Origin: an uncultured virus (IMG/VR IMGVR_UViG_3300006128_000009)
Lineage: Duplodnaviria > Heunggongvirae > Uroviricota > Caudoviricetes
Strand: one strand, 5' to 3'
Virus record (IMG/VR): IMGVR_UViG_3300006128_000009
Length of the DNA: 64,000 bases
Part shown: in pieces, positions 59,850 through 64,000 of the stretch
How positions within the stretch are numbered: position 1 is the stretch's first letter
Layout: each line of letters opens with the position of its first letter
Program-made: the position numbers and the translations under genes
The notes under the pieces: generated by a model
Database searches by the model: none
The model's input: the letters and a program-made list of their open reading frames with translations, nothing else
Told to the model about the DNA's origin: nothing

Positions 59850-60140
59850 ATGAATGAAAACCTAAATGCTGTATTGGAGAAGGGAGCAAAGGAACTTGTT
59901 ACCTTTATTGTTAAGGATGAAGCTCACGGTGTATTTTTCCATGAGGCATGTGATGAGACGGAATTTACTCCTGTTACTATTGGTATGCTTTGTACTATTC
60001 TGATTAGGAATTATATTGGTGCTCTTCCTGATTCGGTTCAGAATGATGCTATGGATGCTTGTTATAAGACTATCGAGGCTCTTCGGTCATTTCCTGAAGA
60101 GTTGGAGATGGACGATGATGAGGTATTTGGTTCTGATTAG
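59850..60140 (+). CDS. Hypothetical acidic protein
   Basis: ORF behind TTGACA promoter. Confidence 0.55.
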   Translation: MNENLNAVLEKGAKELVTFIVKDEAHGVFFHEACDETEFTPVTIGMLCTILIRNYIGALPDSVQNDAMDACYKTIEALRSFPEELEMDDDEVFGSD

Positions 60141-60206
60141 ACGACGAACCATCACACTCTGTTGCATTAAAACAGAGTGCTGTATTAAATCAGAGTTTAC
60201 TTTAAA

Positions 60207-60614
60207 TTACTTGAGGTAATTTGCTGTGGAGTTTTTGTTCTCCTTTAATACTGACTTACCTTTTGCTGAAAGGTAATTTCCTGTGTTGAAAGATTCTGGA
60301 TATGTTGTGGGAGTTGAAGGAGTTTGTTCTTCTTCTCCTGCATCGGAAGCTGCTTGTTGTTCTGCTTCTGGATCTTCGTGATCATCGGAATTATCTTCGT
60401 GTCCGAATTCTGCTAATGCATTGATGAGATCCATATGTTCATCTGGTGCGAGATCATGTTGAGCAAAGAGATTTTTGATACCTTCCAAGTGTTCTTGGTC
60501 TGCATAGATCGGATGACCTATTGCTTCTATGGATTGATCTTCGTTTTCTTCTACGATATGAATTGATTCGTAGAGGCTTTCGATTGCTTTTTGATCGTTG
60601 GAATTTGAATACAT
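60207..60614 (-). CDS. Acidic hypothetical late protein
   Basis: DQKAIESLY N-terminus; ATAAGTA upstream. Confidence 0.6.
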   Translation of the reverse strand: MYSNSNDQKAIESLYESIHIVEENEDQSIEAIGHPIYADQEHLEGIKNLFAQHDLAPDEHMDLINALAEFGHEDNSDDHEDPEAEQQAASDAGEEEQTPSTPTTYPESFNTGNYLSAKGKSVLKENKNSTANYLK

Positions 60615-60631
60615 GATGTAATTACTTATAC

Positions 60632-61075
60632 TTAATTGATATCAATTAGGGGGAAAATTATTATTTTTTCTGGTGTTTCGTGGGAATCGTGTTTACTAAA
60701 GTGATGGGTATTTTGTTCTTCGTCGTATGCGATATTATAAACTAATTCGATTCCTTCTCTTCCTGCCACTCTTATGTCTCTTACTGCTAGATTCCCGTGT
60801 GCTGTGTTAATGTGATGTGGTGTGTCATTTTCTTCCCACTTTATATTCAAATAGTCTTTTTTTACTAAGGGATGTTTGGATACAATTCTTTGTTTTAGTC
60901 TGACTTCGGCATTGTATAATTTATCATCATCGCCTATGACCTGTGCTTTTTTATTTCTTATTTCGTTTCTTGCTATGGTTTCTGGTGATGCAAGATAGCT
61001 ATGTCCGATTACCTGTAACTTACCTGTGACTTGTTCTTCGTAGATTAGTTCTAGGTTTTTTGAATCATTTGACAT
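60632..61075 (-). CDS. Hypothetical late protein
   Basis: MSNDSKNLELIY; ATAAATA upstream. Confidence 0.55.
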   Translation of the reverse strand: MSNDSKNLELIYEEQVTGKLQVIGHSYLASPETIARNEIRNKKAQVIGDDDKLYNAEVRLKQRIVSKHPLVKKDYLNIKWEENDTPHHINTAHGNLAVRDIRVAGREGIELVYNIAYDEEQNTHHFSKHDSHETPEKIIIFPLIDIN

Positions 61076-61196
61076 ATAACCTATATATTTATTTGTCATA
61101 CATCCTTATTTTAATATATTTTTTTATTTTCTCTGTAGAAATATTTATTTTTTATAAAATTTGGCACAAAAGTTGATATTTTTATGGATTTTTTCT

Positions 61197-61220
61197 CCAC
61201 TTTCCCCCACTTTGTGCCAC
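61197..61220 (-). promoter_or_regulatory. MraZ-box-like triple GTGG repeat
   Basis: GTGG-N6-GTGG-N6-GTGG in an intergenic region. Confidence 0.55.
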
Positions 61221-61266
61221 ATTTTTTTACAATTTGGACATGTTTTGTAAGTATTTTCTGTACAAA

Positions 61267-61605
61267 ATGGACACAAAACTCAAAAGAATAACACCCGAAA
61301 TTGAAAAACATGCTGCCATCCGAATAGCAATGGAATGGATAAGATCCGGTGAAAGTTTGCTAAAACGTGATCCTAATGTAAAATATATAAAACTATCTGA
61401 TGAAGTAAATGATAAGATTACTTCTCTCTATGAAGATGGTTATGAACTCTCTGGATTTAAATATAATCTTGCCGCCAATATGAGAATCAAACAACAAGCA
61501 CTAGACACTGCTCTTTCTGTCTTGAAGGTCGATGCAGGAAGAAAAGAAGATGCAAAATATCCCAATATGGTAAAGCATTTCAACATCCGACCATATAGTT
61601 TTTAA
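61267..61605 (+). CDS. Hypothetical protein
   Basis: ORF MDTKLK; GTAAGTA upstream. Confidence 0.55.
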   Translation: MDTKLKRITPEIEKHAAIRIAMEWIRSGESLLKRDPNVKYIKLSDEVNDKITSLYEDGYELSGFKYNLAANMRIKQQALDTALSVLKVDAGRKEDAKYPNMVKHFNIRPYSF

Positions 61606-61748
61606 TATGCTTGCAGAATATATATTTGAAGTAATCGTAGATAATATTCCCCAATTAATTAAAGTCATTGCCCCTGACAAAGAAAAGGCACTGGAAAAAA
61701 TCAATTCATTTTATTCCTCAGAACCAAAACTAATTGATATAAGAAGTA

Positions 61749-62072
61749 TTACTTTTTGATATCTTCGTAATCGAACTTGATATCATTGATCGTACTATCT
61801 TCGTATTTCTTAAACTTCTTCTTAAATGATTCATAATCAGTAAGATCTGACTGATTAAACTTCGGGAGCTTTTCCCATTTCATTTTATGTTCGTGCTTCT
61901 TATAAGCATCACTATCACGACTTAGATAATAATAGCTACCAATTATAGTTGCTAGAATAAAAATAAGGAATAACATTTTGATTGTTCCGGTAATCAAATT
62001 CTTAATCAACCAAATTGATCCAAGAACAAGAATAACAGCTAAAAGTATTTCAAGGGGATTATTATAATTCAT
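61749..62072 (-). CDS. Membrane protein
   Basis: Two TM helices. Confidence 0.55.
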   Translation of the reverse strand: MNYNNPLEILLAVILVLGSIWLIKNLITGTIKMLFLIFILATIIGSYYYLSRDSDAYKKHEHKMKWEKLPKFNQSDLTDYESFKKKFKKYEDSTINDIKFDYEDIKK

Positions 62073-62214
62073 TTTCTTATGACGTTACTGGAATAGTATT
62101 TACCATTATATTTGAATTCATATACATCTCTACCAAAGAGATCCTCGCTAATTCCCACAAAGACCGTATCATTTACAGGAATCCATTCTCCCTCCACCAT
62201 GACATATGCTTCCT

Positions 62215-62841
62215 TTAGTCCGTATCTGTCTTCATCGTTATCCATGATGGTTCTACTTTATCAGATTTGATTCCGAAATGCAACAATAAATTCTTAACTA
62301 TTTCAATCTGAAGATTGACTCTAGTTTCAATGTCATGAGGTCTGATGGGTGTTTCGATAGTACAGGAGGGTATTCCTCTCTTTCTTAATGCTCTCTCAAG
62401 TGTTCCTTTAGTTGGCAAATGTCCATGTGTAATGACTCCTCTTTCGGTTTTATCTCCTATTGCACTCTTTGCGAGTTTTACATTTAGATCAGCAAGAATC
62501 TTCTGTAGGGTCTTTTTCATGTCCGGTGAAGAATAAGCATAGACTTCATCGGTCGTATCATCTTCGTGCATAGCTATGACCAAGCTTGGATTTATTTGTT
62601 CTATCTTTGTAAGTATCTTATCTTCAACTGGTAATGAATCTTTCTCATCGAAATGTCTATTGGGATCTACTCCCTCAAGTCTTCTATGACCAGTTGTGTT
62701 TACATTACAAATGATATCAACTCCCTCTATTCCCTCAAATTTCTTTGCCGCTATATTTCCTGCTGGTTCATCTCCATGAATACCACCAACTAAAACAATA
62801 CGGGGATTTGTATATTTCTTGTAAAGATTATCGAATTTCAT
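62215..62841 (-). CDS. M14-type metallopeptidase / succinylglutamate desuccinylase-like
   Basis: GGIHGDEPAG, D.NR.F, MHED, TIETP. Confidence 0.8.
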   Translation of the reverse strand: MKFDNLYKKYTNPRIVLVGGIHGDEPAGNIAAKKFEGIEGVDIICNVNTTGHRRLEGVDPNRHFDEKDSLPVEDKILTKIEQINPSLVIAMHEDDTTDEVYAYSSPDMKKTLQKILADLNVKLAKSAIGDKTERGVITHGHLPTKGTLERALRKRGIPSCTIETPIRPHDIETRVNLQIEIVKNLLLHFGIKSDKVEPSWITMKTDTD

Positions 62842-62850
62842 TCTTAATAT

Positions 62851-63345
62851 TTACACCCACCAATCGGGTGTATTATTAAGTTTATCCCATTTGGCAAATG
62901 CTCTCTTGGCTCCCATATAATAATTCCTATATGCTGTGACTGCATCGGGATGTTTATATTCATCTGGCATTGCTTGTGCAAAACTTGTCAGCGGACCATC
63001 CGGTATCATCTCTGCCATATTTTTAAGGAAGATAATACCTCTCTCACATGAATGAGTTTTTCTGTATCTATTTGAATATTCGATACATAGATACATACCA
63101 TGATCTGCCGCCCAGTTGAAATTAGCTCTCGTTTGTCCTACCCAACGTGTACAGGGATGATTATGATAACCACCTTTAAGAGGTGTTCCACTTGCAGTCA
63201 AAGGCATTTCCCAACTCTGTGCTCCATGACGAATCACAGCAGAACCCAACTGCTGAAATATCTCAAGGATCATTTTTACAACATGCTTGTCACAATGATA
63301 TTGTGCAGCAATATAAGGATCGTTATCTAGAATGAATATGTTCAT
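62851..63345 (-). CDS. Pyrimidine dimer DNA glycosylase-like protein
   Basis: MNIF.LD..P..AA..HCDKHVVKMILE, NHPC..W, QAMPD, AYR.YY. Confidence 0.8.
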   Translation of the reverse strand: MNIFILDNDPYIAAQYHCDKHVVKMILEIFQQLGSAVIRHGAQSWEMPLTASGTPLKGGYHNHPCTRWVGQTRANFNWAADHGMYLCIEYSNRYRKTHSCERGIIFLKNMAEMIPDGPLTSFAQAMPDEYKHPDAVTAYRNYYMGAKRAFAKWDKLNNTPDWWV

Positions 63346-63501
63346 TGGTAGTTATTTTGTATACTTTATAAAAAGCATACCCTACACTATACCATACTGT
63401 CAATGAGATAAGAAAAGAAAGTAATATGATAACCAAACGAATGTAACCCCATTTGCGTTCCTCTCTTTGTCTATCATATTCTAAATCATCGGGTTCCATA
63501 A

Positions 63502-63735
63502 TTATGAATTCCTTGGTAGATAAACTACTTGCTTTATGTCACTTAGCCAACTTAGAGGTCTTGTGTCGGAATCCTGATATTCACCATCATACCAACCTTT
63601 ACCTTCTCCTGCTTTGACGACATTGATTTCATGAATGTTGTTGACAAGATCATATCCTGTTTCATATCCATCGACAACCACTTCGGTTTCAGGATCGAAC
63701 TTCTGAAGTTCTTTTATTAGGTCTTTGATTTTCAT
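63502..63735 (-). CDS. Hypothetical phage protein
   Basis: MKIKDLIKELQKFDP...VVVDGYE. Confidence 0.6.
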   Translation of the reverse strand: MKIKDLIKELQKFDPETEVVVDGYETGYDLVNNIHEINVVKAGEGKGWYDGEYQDSDTRPLSWLSDIKQVVYLPRNS

Positions 63736-64000
63736 GATTTGTTTTCGTATTCGTTTATTGTTTCCCAAAGAGAATCAATATCATAACAGATTTCGACTTT
63801 CTTTCTACCTACTTTCTTATATGCCTTATTGATCTTACCATCCATACCTTCTCTCTCATAAAGAAACCAATCAATCCATGTCAGTTGATCAGCATTAAAT
63901 GCTGCCTTCATGAGTTCATCAATGACATGTTCGTAATTTTCTTCAAAATGCATAAGATCAATTCCAAGCTTATAAGCATCATGAGATCTCTTACGAGCAG

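Overview
Segment of a large AT-rich lytic dsDNA phage of the T4-like/jumbo myovirus type. It carries phoH, a gp14-like neck gene, nrdA/nrdB, purA, guaC, dCMP deaminase, thioredoxin, rIIA/rIIB and DNA glycosylases, about 20 minus-strand tRNA genes (one with a ~198-nt group I intron) and many free-standing endonucleases. Five things stand out. (1) A visibly GC-richer block of almost all minus-strand genes (~43.8-59.6 kb) has intergenic spacers with 23 exact copies of TGGTAAGACA in fixed geometry, and is bounded by mirror-image ~10-bp tandem repeats. (2) Zn-finger endonucleases sit against tRNA genes; one appears to have split a tRNA-Val at its anticodon and lies beside a recoded replacement copy. 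(3) There is an unassigned ~280-nt structured RNA ending in CCA. (4) About 17 otherwise unrelated proteins share an N-terminal capsid-targeting-like peptide, most behind (A/G)TAA(G/A)TA late promoters that are near-leaderless. (5) There are unusual tRNAs (Ile-UAU with a long variable arm, Ser-ACU) and a host MraZ-like operator. All calls come from reading the sequence by eye; no searches were run.
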